Position numbers and translations under genes: made by a program
The notes under the pieces: model-generated
Told to the model about the DNA's origin: nothing
Databases searched by the model: none
Seen by the model: the letters and a program-made list of their open reading frames with translations, nothing else
DNA from: an uncultured Burkholderiales bacterium
GTDB lineage: Bacteria; Vulcanimicrobiota; Xenobia; Xenobiales; JADMJV01
DNA: 64,000 nucleotides
Assembly: GCA_964649085.1 (NCBI GenBank)
Contig: CAZYPN010000002.1
Coordinates: 158,991-222,990 of the forward strand
Direction: 5' to 3'
Shown here: positions 17,801-25,380 of the stretch, piece by piece
Layout of the letters: the number at the start of each line of letters is the position of its first letter
Position numbering within the stretch: the stretch's first letter is position 1

Positions 17801-20567
17801 ATTTTGGACCGGCTTCCGCTACCTGCCCATCGACCAGGCCTATGCCGACCTCAAAGGCCACCAGGGACGCATTTCCCTCTCTCGCTTCCTGATGAGCTCC
17901 AACGGTCTCACCGTCCAGGGACGAGGCCACCGCAGCGCCGATGGCAGCCTGGTAGGCCAGCTCTGGGCCGATGACCTCAGTCTGGAAACCTTGAGAGACT
18001 TTGGTTGGAACACCCAGGGATGGCAGGGTAAGCTGGACCTGGCCCTGCGCTTCCGCGATGCCCAGGGGGTCTCGCCCGAGGCCTGGCTGGCCCTGGAGTC
18101 GGGCGGGCTGGCGCCGCCCGACTCCAGTCAGGCCGCCATTCGCCACCTGGTTCTGGGAGAAATCGAGCAGGACAGTGAAGGGTTGCCCACCACCGGACCG
18201 GGTCGGGGAGTTCATCTCTCGCTACAGGCGGGTCAGGTGGTCGTGCAACTGCCGCCCAGCGGCATCGCCCTCGAGTGGGACAATGCCGAAGCGAGCGAAC
18301 TGAAGGCCCAGGGTCAGATCAGCTGGCGAAGTGCTCCCAGGTCGGGGCAGAGCCTGCTGACCTGGATGCTGTCTAAAGACGGTCCCCGCTTCGGCAATGG
18401 CAAGCAACCCGCCGAGTTCAGCCTGACCCGGCTGAGCTGGACGCTGCTGCGGCAACTGGCCGGATTGCCCGACGACCCGCGTCAAGGGCTACTCTCGGGG
18501 CAGCTCTGGCTCTTGGGGCAGTATTTCGAGCAACACCGCACCCGCAACCCGGTGCTGAGCGGTCAACCTCTGGTCGAGGCCCAGATCAGCCAGTTGCAGC
18601 TCGAAGGGAGCGACGCCCAGCAACGCTGGTCTGGCATGCAGCTGGCCCAGCCTATCCAGCTGGCCTATCAGGTGTTCCCGGGCAAGGCCGGGATGCCGGC
18701 CAATGGCCGACTGAGCCTGTCACCCACCTGGATCGAATTCTTCCACCGGGCAGCCGCCGAATCCCAAAAGATCTTGGGGGGCAAACTGGCCATGGAAGGC
18801 GAGGTGCTGCTGACCGAAGGTCCAGGGGCCAAGAAGCTCGCCCCCAGCTGGAAGCAGTACCTGCGAGTTGGGCTGGAGAAGTTGCCGCTGCAGAACCTGG
18901 GATTCCTGACCTCCCGCAAGCTGGATGGTATGCTGGAGAAGCTGGAGCTGAGCCTGGAGGGCAGCCTGAATCAATCGCAGGGCTGGCTAACCCTGCTGGG
19001 ACGAGACCTGCAGTTCGAATCCTTGCGCGTTTCCTCGGCTCAGGGCCGGGTAGAGCTGCGCGGAGATGAGCCCGGCAAGCTCAAGCTGACGATGGGCCAG
19101 GGCGACGAAGAGTTCCGCTGGCTGTTGGGAGCCCCCAACGATCTCACCCAGTCGCTGCGCATTCAGGGCCAGGCCGAGCTCGACTTCGATCGGCTGCTGG
19201 TGGTCAACAGTCCCACTCTGGTTCCGAGCTGGAAGGGTTGGTCGTTATCGGGGCGCAGCCAGTTCGATCTTTCGGCCCAACTGCAAGACCCCCAGATGCG
19301 CCTGCTCTCGGCCCTGGCTCCAGAAGGCAGCCTGCTCACCGGCAATCTCAAAGCCGGCTTGCAGCTTCGAGGCACGGCCGAGCAGCCCGAACTCAGCGGC
19401 AACCTGGACCTCGAGCGAGGGGGCCTGGCCCACCCTCAGCTGCGCTCTCCCCTGACAGACTTCAACCTGCAAGCCCGCTTTGAACGTCTGGAAGGGGCCC
19501 TGGGCCGATACACGCTGCAGCGCCTCGACGGCTTGCTCGGTGGCCAGCCTTTCCGGGGAAGCGGCCAGGCCGAACTGCTGGGGCTCGACCCCCAGAGTCT
19601 CGAAATCCGTTTCGACGGAGACGAACTGCCCATTCAGTGGGACGGCCTGATGGATGGGCGGGCCAATGTACACCTGCTGCTCAGCGGGGCCCAACCAGCC
19701 CTGACGGGCACCATCGAGGTGCCCGAAGCCGACTTCTGGCTTCCCAGCAAAGATACCCTGGCTCGCCTGGGCTCGTTGAGCCAGGGCAGCGGTCGAACCC
19801 CGCTCGGTTACAACATCGCTGTTCAACTCGGGGAAGACTGCTGGGGGCACTATCTGAATTCGGCGGTGCGTGGCTCGGGAGAACTGCAGCTGGTGCCCAG
19901 TTCCAGCTCGGGAAAGCCCGTGCCCAACGGCCGGCTGTTCCTCTCGCGCGGCGTGATTCGAATTCCGCTTTATGAAGTCAACTTCCGGGTGCGCCAGGGC
20001 TATGCCTATTTTGAAGACAACTGGCTGCCCCGGTTGGACAATCTCGAGGCCGACAGCACCCTGGGAGAATACCAGATCACGGCCCGCATCGACGGCCAGT
20101 ATCCCAAGGTCAGCCTGGAGCTATTTTCCAACCCGCCTCTGGCCGAATCGGAACTGCGCCGGGTGGTGGCCGGTGGCCTACCCAGTATCAACGCCCCCAG
20201 CAATCCCTCACTGCTGGGGAATGCCCTGGGCAATTCCAACAACTTCCTGGTGAACCAGGGAATGACGTTCCTCTCCAACCTGGTCACGGGACAAATCACC
20301 CAGGGACTGGGTCGACTGCTCTCGTTTTCAGAACTCTCCTTCGATGTTCTGCCCACCTCGGAGTACGCTCTGCGTCTGGCCAAAGCACTGGATGACAAAG
20401 AGAAATTCCTGATCACCTTCGCCCAGGTCATCGGCACCACCCGATTCAACCAGAGCCTCAACCAGTACGGCATCGAGTATCGCTTCCAGCCCAATCTGAT
20501 GACCCGATTCACGATGGACAACTACGGTCAGGCCCGGCTCTGGTTTCAAGGGGTGCTGCGCTTCTAA
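14817..20567 (+). CDS. Giant (1916 aa) inner-membrane-anchored envelope protein, TamB/AsmA-like (DUF490-type C-terminus)
   Basis: N-terminal signal-anchor 'FSAITLGLSMVLLLGAFFLAYFF'. Very long beta-rich body. C-terminus ends '...NYGQARLWFQGVLRF' with a terminal aromatic, as in TamB/AsmA family. Confidence 0.45.
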   Translation: MKHAALKQLLRVMARFSAITLGLSMVLLLGAFFLAYFFKDQILQHYRRQLEKSLNVNIAIQSSQLRGLQLQLRGVQAQTRGGAPLARIERLKVNFRPWAGLTHGAARWIDACQLEQPQIDLILDEQGRLNWDSVTLPTLPAPTSPEQTFRGEVRFEGASLSLRDQRQGGFLAQLPPLQGQVVVRPDRRWTASAQGAHLKLHGQGSPGDQQIRLQIDDLPLEDYLQHPELRGLIRAEQALARGSLEARWGPAKPPLLSGKIGLSASSLALPSSGQSLQQASAQLAWLGGSLSIEKARALWQGMPIHIEGEVKSGQHGWEDPWLDLRLRAPQIALKKLQPWLKGVPVEPSGTLALDILAEGPLSEPQVRGRLKGWKLLLGGQHLADVLSDFELDATSLHIEKLLAHTGQGEEFSASGWIFRGGDQRIFLRLQGGQADLRALHPWLGQGQDLEVTALGSLLDPILTGHGQLAALPHNPLGLTGADGNFWIDSGSALVWNSALQGSGGEIQVPWAVLDLTRGQLAGAVTTERFNLATPQALLELRGGGQGVIDLKNQNYSGTAWLEDSRIQAGGLPSLNGVRGYLAFEPGAMLVPQLEFQAAGDPVEVTGSWNSGQGNLWLRSPGINLAHWLNLPGAQGTQQLMASARVQAGQIDAFRLSTRGTLGDAWAVGRWLPGQGPELYTQFANLSPGNAPPLVGELATRWNQGRMQYLYRLAPEQGADQTWAFGQGWLQGNQLHLAENFLHQPSLEPVVQEHKEGRAYSYFGPLEGPPLITVHDGAVPRSQGTLSWKGRLDLRRKRLQVDVQGRQLRAHQLAAWFGPLAQPAPEWWVEQGVRLEEAVVDVDARGDGPLNGLQWSASLRSPWTRLSRNLGDELRSTAFSWRTEAELRSGRLRLTNLLSPRPQDWSLMSWRGPRRGGTPEADWLRSRLELDSKLQLAGWVRAEAFPMSTAGWFTPGWVSGQLPSGKLSTGTGQGLRISGSLSRPLLDGRVDLVDGRFWTGFRYLPIDQAYADLKGHQGRISLSRFLMSSNGLTVQGRGHRSADGSLVGQLWADDLSLETLRDFGWNTQGWQGKLDLALRFRDAQGVSPEAWLALESGGLAPPDSSQAAIRHLVLGEIEQDSEGLPTTGPGRGVHLSLQAGQVVVQLPPSGIALEWDNAEASELKAQGQISWRSAPRSGQSLLTWMLSKDGPRFGNGKQPAEFSLTRLSWTLLRQLAGLPDDPRQGLLSGQLWLLGQYFEQHRTRNPVLSGQPLVEAQISQLQLEGSDAQQRWSGMQLAQPIQLAYQVFPGKAGMPANGRLSLSPTWIEFFHRAAAESQKILGGKLAMEGEVLLTEGPGAKKLAPSWKQYLRVGLEKLPLQNLGFLTSRKLDGMLEKLELSLEGSLNQSQGWLTLLGRDLQFESLRVSSAQGRVELRGDEPGKLKLTMGQGDEEFRWLLGAPNDLTQSLRIQGQAELDFDRLLVVNSPTLVPSWKGWSLSGRSQFDLSAQLQDPQMRLLSALAPEGSLLTGNLKAGLQLRGTAEQPELSGNLDLERGGLAHPQLRSPLTDFNLQARFERLEGALGRYTLQRLDGLLGGQPFRGSGQAELLGLDPQSLEIRFDGDELPIQWDGLMDGRANVHLLLSGAQPALTGTIEVPEADFWLPSKDTLARLGSLSQGSGRTPLGYNIAVQLGEDCWGHYLNSAVRGSGELQLVPSSSSGKPVPNGRLFLSRGVIRIPLYEVNFRVRQGYAYFEDNWLPRLDNLEADSTLGEYQITARIDGQYPKVSLELFSNPPLAESELRRVVAGGLPSINAPSNPSLLGNALGNSNNFLVNQGMTFLSNLVTGQITQGLGRLLSFSELSFDVLPTSEYALRLAKALDDKEKFLITFAQVIGTTRFNQSLNQYGIEYRFQPNLMTRFTMDNYGQARLWFQGVLRF

Positions 20568-20576
20568 TAGGCCTGA

Positions 20577-20906
20577 ATGCCAGGGGCCACGGAGGAAGAG
20601 CAAGAAAGCTCTCGGGTGTTCATTGGAATCGCCCGATTTTCTATGTTCTTAACCAGTCAGCCCCACTCTCTGAAAGAGAAACGGGCCATTGTCAACAAAC
20701 TGAAAGACGCCGTGCGCAACCGACTCTCGATTTCGGTGGCCGAGGTAGATGCCCAGGACAAATGGCAGCGTGCCGTGCTGGGGGTGGCCTGCGTGACAGC
20801 CGAGCAGCAGTCGGCTCACCGGCTGCTCGAGGAAGCGGCGCGAGTGCTCAACAGCTATCCTGAAGTACAGGTGTTGGAGGAAGAACGCGATGTCGACGCC
20901 TGGTGA
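20577..20906 (+). CDS. DUF503 / YlxP-like protein
   Basis: 'IGIARFSMFLTSQPHSLKEKRAIVNKLKDAVRNRLSISVAEVDAQDKWQRAVLGVA' closely matches the YlxP pattern (HSLKEKR ... VSVAEVD.QD.WQR). Start may be GTG at 20616. Confidence 0.65.
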   Translation: MPGATEEEQESSRVFIGIARFSMFLTSQPHSLKEKRAIVNKLKDAVRNRLSISVAEVDAQDKWQRAVLGVACVTAEQQSAHRLLEEAARVLNSYPEVQVLEEERDVDAW

Positions 20907-21543
20907 CCTGAGCTGGCTGCGGGCCGCTCTATTTCATAGCCTCGACCACGGCGAACTGAAAGTGCCGGCCGGATCGGCCCAGATACCCTGGCTCGACTGG
21001 CTGGGCATCGCCTGGAAGCCCGCTGCCGAGGCCGACTCGCTGGATGTTCAGTCGCTGGACGTGCCCTTCACGGCTCAGGAGTTGCGCGACCGGGGCCTGC
21101 TGGGAGAGGTCGTCTATGGCGCTCTGGTGCAAACCCGCTGGCACCCTCATCAGCAGAGCTGGGTGGCCCGAACGCGTTCGGAAATCGCTGCCTGCTACAC
21201 ATCGGCCGAACTCGATTCGTGCCACTGGCCCCTCACGCTGGAGGTCTTGGACGAACTGAATGCCTATCGACTGCAGGAGCTGACCCCAGGGGAACTGCTG
21301 GAGTATTCCAGGCCCTTCTGGAAAGGCTGCCCCAACCCTCAGGATGAGGCGGTGATGGAAGGCTGGGTCTTGCTGCACTTCAACACCTTCGAGCGCCTCC
21401 AAGACGTCGCCGAATGTTTGCATCCCTTTTTCGAACCACAGCCGCGCCCACACTGGAAATTGCCTCCAGAGATGAGTTGGAACGACGTGGAGAGCATGCT
21501 CGGCGAGGAGAGACTGAACCGGCTGCTGGGGGTCAGGTCTTGA
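20890..21543 (+). CDS. Hypothetical protein
   Basis: 217-aa ORF with protein-like composition. Overlaps neighbours by 17 nt and 4 nt. No family recognised. Confidence 0.4.
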   Translation: MSTPGDLSWLRAALFHSLDHGELKVPAGSAQIPWLDWLGIAWKPAAEADSLDVQSLDVPFTAQELRDRGLLGEVVYGALVQTRWHPHQQSWVARTRSEIAACYTSAELDSCHWPLTLEVLDELNAYRLQELTPGELLEYSRPFWKGCPNPQDEAVMEGWVLLHFNTFERLQDVAECLHPFFEPQPRPHWKLPPEMSWNDVESMLGEERLNRLLGVRS

Positions 21544-22211
21544 AGTGGTTGGCGCTGGCAACCCTGCTGGCGCCCTGGCTGCTGGCCGTCCTGCTGCTGC
21601 CCGCCCGCCGTTGGGACTGGCCCGCAGCCTATCTGGCCGTGGCCCTTTTTCTTCTGGGCGCCATTCCCCAGGCCGCCTGGTTGGCCCGCCACAACCCCCT
21701 GCTGTTTTTTCGGCGGGGCAACGAGCAAAACAGCGACAACAAAGTTCCCCCGCCCGACCGTAAGCTGGTTCTGGCGCTGAAGTTGGCGGCGCTCTCTATC
21801 GCCGTGCTTGCCGCCCTTGACTCGGGGCCTTCGGCCCGCTGGCCGTCCCCCTGGCAAATGGCATCAGGACTGTTCCTGCTCGGAGCAGGCCTGACCCTGC
21901 TGACCGCCAGCCAACGAGCCAATCGATTTTTCGAAGCCTACGTTCGCCTGCAAAGTGAATTTGGGCACCGACCCATCGACCACGGGCCCTACGCCCGCCT
22001 GCGCCATCCCGGCTATCTGAGCTATCTGCTGATCTTTGCCTCGGGCCCGTGCCTGTTGGCCTCCAACTGGGCCTGGGGAGGGGTGGCGCTGTGCCTGGTT
22101 CTCTTCGTTCTTCGGATCGTTTTCGAAGAAGGTTTCTTACGCCAGCATCTGGAGGGATACGCCGAATATTGCAGGCGAGTTCGCTACCGGCTGATCCCCG
22201 GGCTCTGGTAA
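21540..22211 (+). CDS. Isoprenylcysteine carboxyl methyltransferase (ICMT)/phospholipid methyltransferase-family membrane protein
   Basis: C-terminal 'HGPYARLRHPGYLSYLLIFASG...RIVFEEGFLRQHLEGYAEYCRRVRYRLIP' matches the ICMT/PEMT signature. Start assigned to TTG at 21540 (TTGA overlap). Start uncertain. Confidence 0.55.
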   Translation: MKWLALATLLAPWLLAVLLLPARRWDWPAAYLAVALFLLGAIPQAAWLARHNPLLFFRRGNEQNSDNKVPPPDRKLVLALKLAALSIAVLAALDSGPSARWPSPWQMASGLFLLGAGLTLLTASQRANRFFEAYVRLQSEFGHRPIDHGPYARLRHPGYLSYLLIFASGPCLLASNWAWGGVALCLVLFVLRIVFEEGFLRQHLEGYAEYCRRVRYRLIPGLW

Positions 22212-22274
22212 AAGGGTTCGAGGACGATTAGATCGGTTCGAGCCGTGGTAAGATGCCTGCTTGAGGTAGGAACG

Positions 22275-23624
22275 ATGTTAGAGCAAAAGATTCAGGGCCG
22301 AAAGGCCAACATTACCATTATCGGACTGGGCTATGTGGGGCTTCCACTGGCGCTTGGTTTCGCCCGCAAAGGGTTCAAAGTTTTCGGGCTCGACGACGAT
22401 AGCCCGAAAATTGAGAAACTGCTGTCCGGACAGGACTACATCAACGGCCAGAACGAGGTTGTGCGCCAACTGGTCCAATCGGGCCACTTCCAGCCCACTC
22501 GCAACAGCGAGGTGATCTCTCAATCCGATGTGGTTGTCATCTGCGTTCCCACCCCACTTACCCGCAACCGCGAACCGGATATTTCCTATGTGGAACAGGT
22601 GAGTCGTCGCATCGGTCAGTTGATCCAGGTGGGCAGTCTGGTGGTGCTGGAGAGCACCACCTATCCTGGCACCACCGAAGAAGTGGTGTTACCCGCCATC
22701 CTGGCCGGCAATCGGGTGACTCGAGTCGGGCAAGACTTCCATCTGGCCTTCAGTCCCGAGCGCGTCGACCCGGGCAACCCCTCGTACGACTCCTACAACA
22801 CCACCAAAGTAGTCGGTGGCGTAACGCCGGCCTGCACTCATCTGACCACCTTGCTGTACCAGGCCCTGCTCGACCATCCCGATCTGGTGAAGGAAGCCTC
22901 TTCTTCACGCGCGGCCGAGATGGAAAAACTCTTTGAAAACATCTTCCGCAGCGTCAATATCGCACTGGTGAACGAACTGGCCCTGTTGTGTCGCGAGATG
23001 AACCTGGACGCCTGGGAGATTCTCGACCTGGCCAGTACCAAGCCTTTCGGATTCATGCGATTCAACCCGGGTCCGGGTATCGGTGGGCACTGCATTCCCC
23101 TGGATCCCTTCTACCTCACCTGGAAAGCCCGTGAATTCGATTTCCCCACTCGCTTCATCGAATTGGCCGGAGAACTCAACTCGCGCATGCCCTTCCACGT
23201 GGTCGACCTGGTGGCCGAAGGGCTGGGCTCGCGAGGCCTGGAGGACGCCCGGGTGTTGCTGCTGGGCATGGCCTACAAGAAAGATGTCGCCGACCACCGC
23301 GAGTCGCCATCGCTGAAGGTCTACGACTTGCTGCTGAAGCGGGGCGCACGAGTCGACTACTTTGACCCCCTCATCCCCCAGATCAAAACCGCCGACGGCA
23401 TGCTGCGCTCGGTGGCCGCAGGAAGCTTCCAGGACTATGACTGCCTGGTGTTGATGACCGACCACAGTCAGTTCGACCTCTCCAAGCTGGTGCGTGCCTG
23501 CAAGGTGTTCGTCGACACTCGTGGGGTTGTCCGAGAACTGAATCAGGACTTTGGCGACACCCGCGTGCTGGGGCTGGGCCTACCGGCCCGGCGCACCGGG
23601 CCGCGCCTGCAAGTGGTTCACTGA
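22275..23624 (+). CDS. Nucleotide-sugar dehydrogenase (UDP-N-acetyl-D-mannosamine / UDP-GlcNAc 6-dehydrogenase family)
   Basis: 'ITIIGLGYVGLPLALGFA' Rossmann motif, catalytic 'GGHCIPLDP', C-terminal UDPG_MGDP_dh domain. ATG at 22275 preceded by GAGGTAGGAAC. Confidence 0.85.
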   Translation: MLEQKIQGRKANITIIGLGYVGLPLALGFARKGFKVFGLDDDSPKIEKLLSGQDYINGQNEVVRQLVQSGHFQPTRNSEVISQSDVVVICVPTPLTRNREPDISYVEQVSRRIGQLIQVGSLVVLESTTYPGTTEEVVLPAILAGNRVTRVGQDFHLAFSPERVDPGNPSYDSYNTTKVVGGVTPACTHLTTLLYQALLDHPDLVKEASSSRAAEMEKLFENIFRSVNIALVNELALLCREMNLDAWEILDLASTKPFGFMRFNPGPGIGGHCIPLDPFYLTWKAREFDFPTRFIELAGELNSRMPFHVVDLVAEGLGSRGLEDARVLLLGMAYKKDVADHRESPSLKVYDLLLKRGARVDYFDPLIPQIKTADGMLRSVAAGSFQDYDCLVLMTDHSQFDLSKLVRACKVFVDTRGVVRELNQDFGDTRVLGLGLPARRTGPRLQVVH

Positions 23625-25066
23625 CCGGCCAGCCAACGCGCCCGGTGGCGGAAACACAGCGCCAGCAACCCCATGGCCACTACCCCCAGCACGGCGCTGC
23701 CGGCCCAGTGCCCGGCAGCGCAGGCCCCGCTGCCCCAAAGGACCCGATGGCTGGAAACGACTCCGCTGAGGCTCAATAAGGCCAGCAGATAAGAGAACAT
23801 GGGAACCACCACCATGGCTGCAGACAACCAGTTCCGTCCCAACAGCCACAGCGAGCAGAACACCGTGGCGTAGGTGTCGAGCAGCATCCAGCCCAGGCCC
23901 AGCAACACCAGCACCCAGATCGCGCCAAGAGCTGCCGAAGAAGGAGCCTTGAGGCTCAGCACCATCGTGCCTGGAGCGATCAGCAGCAACCCTTCCAACA
24001 GGCGGGGCTGAAGCCGAACCAGCGCCAGACCATCCACCAGTTGCGTCGGAGTGAAGGAGGTCAGGGTTAAGTCGCGATTTTTCGGACCCAATTCTTGTTG
24101 GATAAAGCTAAGCTGCGATCCCCCGGCGAGCAGCAGAAGAAAGAAGGCTGCGTAGCCAAGGAAGAGCGCACCCAGGAAAAAGTGCAGCTGGCCGGCCACC
24201 GCTCCGAGGATGCCCAGGGCCAGGCAACTCAGGAACCACACCGGCGTACCTCGCCATACCAGGCGACTGCGATGGTAGCGATACAGCAACGGATGTAGTT
24301 GGCCCAACTGCGACCAACGCGAAGAAGGTCGCTGCCGGCAACCCCCTCGCCCCAGCCAGCACCAGGGGCCGCCCGATCCTGCCAGAAGCGGCAGCGGTCC
24401 GCCCCCGCTCTGGAGCCAGCGCAGCGTGAAACGACGGCAGGTCACAGCGCAGGCCAACAGCATTCCCAGAGTGACGGGAATAAGACATCCCGTGGCCAGC
24501 ACGGGCGAAACCAGCGCAAGCAGCTGGAAAGCCAGGCCCATCGCGAACAACATGCCGTAGAAGCCCACCAGATACCCGATGATCAGTCGCATGCTCTGGC
24601 CACGACTGGCCAGTACCTGGGACGCCATTCCCAAATAGTTGCAGAAAAGCGCCAGGGGCAGGAAGGCCATCCACAGCACGGTAGCCCCCACGGCCAGGCA
24701 GGGCTTGCCGCCAAGGACCGCTACCAGGCACGCCGCCAGGACCCAGCGACAGCCCTGCCACCAGCGCAGGGCCAGGAAGGCCGAACCCGTGTCCACCAGG
24801 GCCGAGGGAGAGATGCCCGAAACCAGCAGCTCATCTACGTGCTCAGACACCGAACGCAGGCAGGCCGGAATCGCCGACAAGGCCAGCACCAGGGGGATGC
24901 CTGCCAGGCTCAGCAGTACGAGGACCAGCCCAAATAACAGATCCTCGGAACCGATGGCGCTGACCAGCGCCACCGCAAACAGGGCCCAACTCCAACGGCT
25001 CCAGCGGCGCAGGCGCCCCTGGTAGAGCAGAAATAACGGATTCTCTGGGGACAGCAGGTTGCGCAT
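23618..25066 (-). CDS. Polytopic integral membrane protein, unknown function
   Basis: Very hydrophobic, 12 or more predicted TM segments. Trimmed to the ATG at 25066 to avoid overlap with the FmdB gene. Confidence 0.4.
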   Translation of the reverse strand: MRNLLSPENPLFLLYQGRLRRWSRWSWALFAVALVSAIGSEDLLFGLVLVLLSLAGIPLVLALSAIPACLRSVSEHVDELLVSGISPSALVDTGSAFLALRWWQGCRWVLAACLVAVLGGKPCLAVGATVLWMAFLPLALFCNYLGMASQVLASRGQSMRLIIGYLVGFYGMLFAMGLAFQLLALVSPVLATGCLIPVTLGMLLACAVTCRRFTLRWLQSGGGPLPLLAGSGGPWCWLGRGGCRQRPSSRWSQLGQLHPLLYRYHRSRLVWRGTPVWFLSCLALGILGAVAGQLHFFLGALFLGYAAFFLLLLAGGSQLSFIQQELGPKNRDLTLTSFTPTQLVDGLALVRLQPRLLEGLLLIAPGTMVLSLKAPSSAALGAIWVLVLLGLGWMLLDTYATVFCSLWLLGRNWLSAAMVVVPMFSYLLALLSLSGVVSSHRVLWGSGACAAGHWAGSAVLGVVAMGLLALCFRHRARWLAGQ

Positions 25067-25083
25067 CCCCAGATTATAACACG

Positions 25084-25308
25084 TTAATTCATCGAGCAGA
25101 ATCCCTGGTCGACACAGCTGCCACAGCCCCCCGGGGGACAGCTCATGGGCATCTCCTCGCCCCCCGACTGGGGAGAACTGAAGGCAGAGAACAGCTTGCG
25201 CAGGTCGCTTTGCTGGCAATGAGGACACTCTACGGCGTCCTCAGAACGGCGAAGCAGTTTCTCGAAACGGTGATGACATTGGTTGCAGGCGTATTCGTAA
25301 ATCGGCAT
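25084..25308 (-). CDS. FmdB-family zinc-ribbon protein (putative regulatory protein)
   Basis: 'MPIYEYACNQCHHRFEKLLRRSEDAVECPHCQ' is the canonical FmdB CxxC...CxxC ribbon. Transcribed divergently from the giant coiled-coil gene. Confidence 0.7.
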   Translation of the reverse strand: MPIYEYACNQCHHRFEKLLRRSEDAVECPHCQQSDLRKLFSAFSSPQSGGEEMPMSCPPGGCGSCVDQGFCSMN

Positions 25309-25380
25309 GGGGTAGATTTCTAGATTTCGTTTGGGTTCCTTTTAACGGGAAAACCGCTCAGACTTTCGAAGGCAGCCCCA

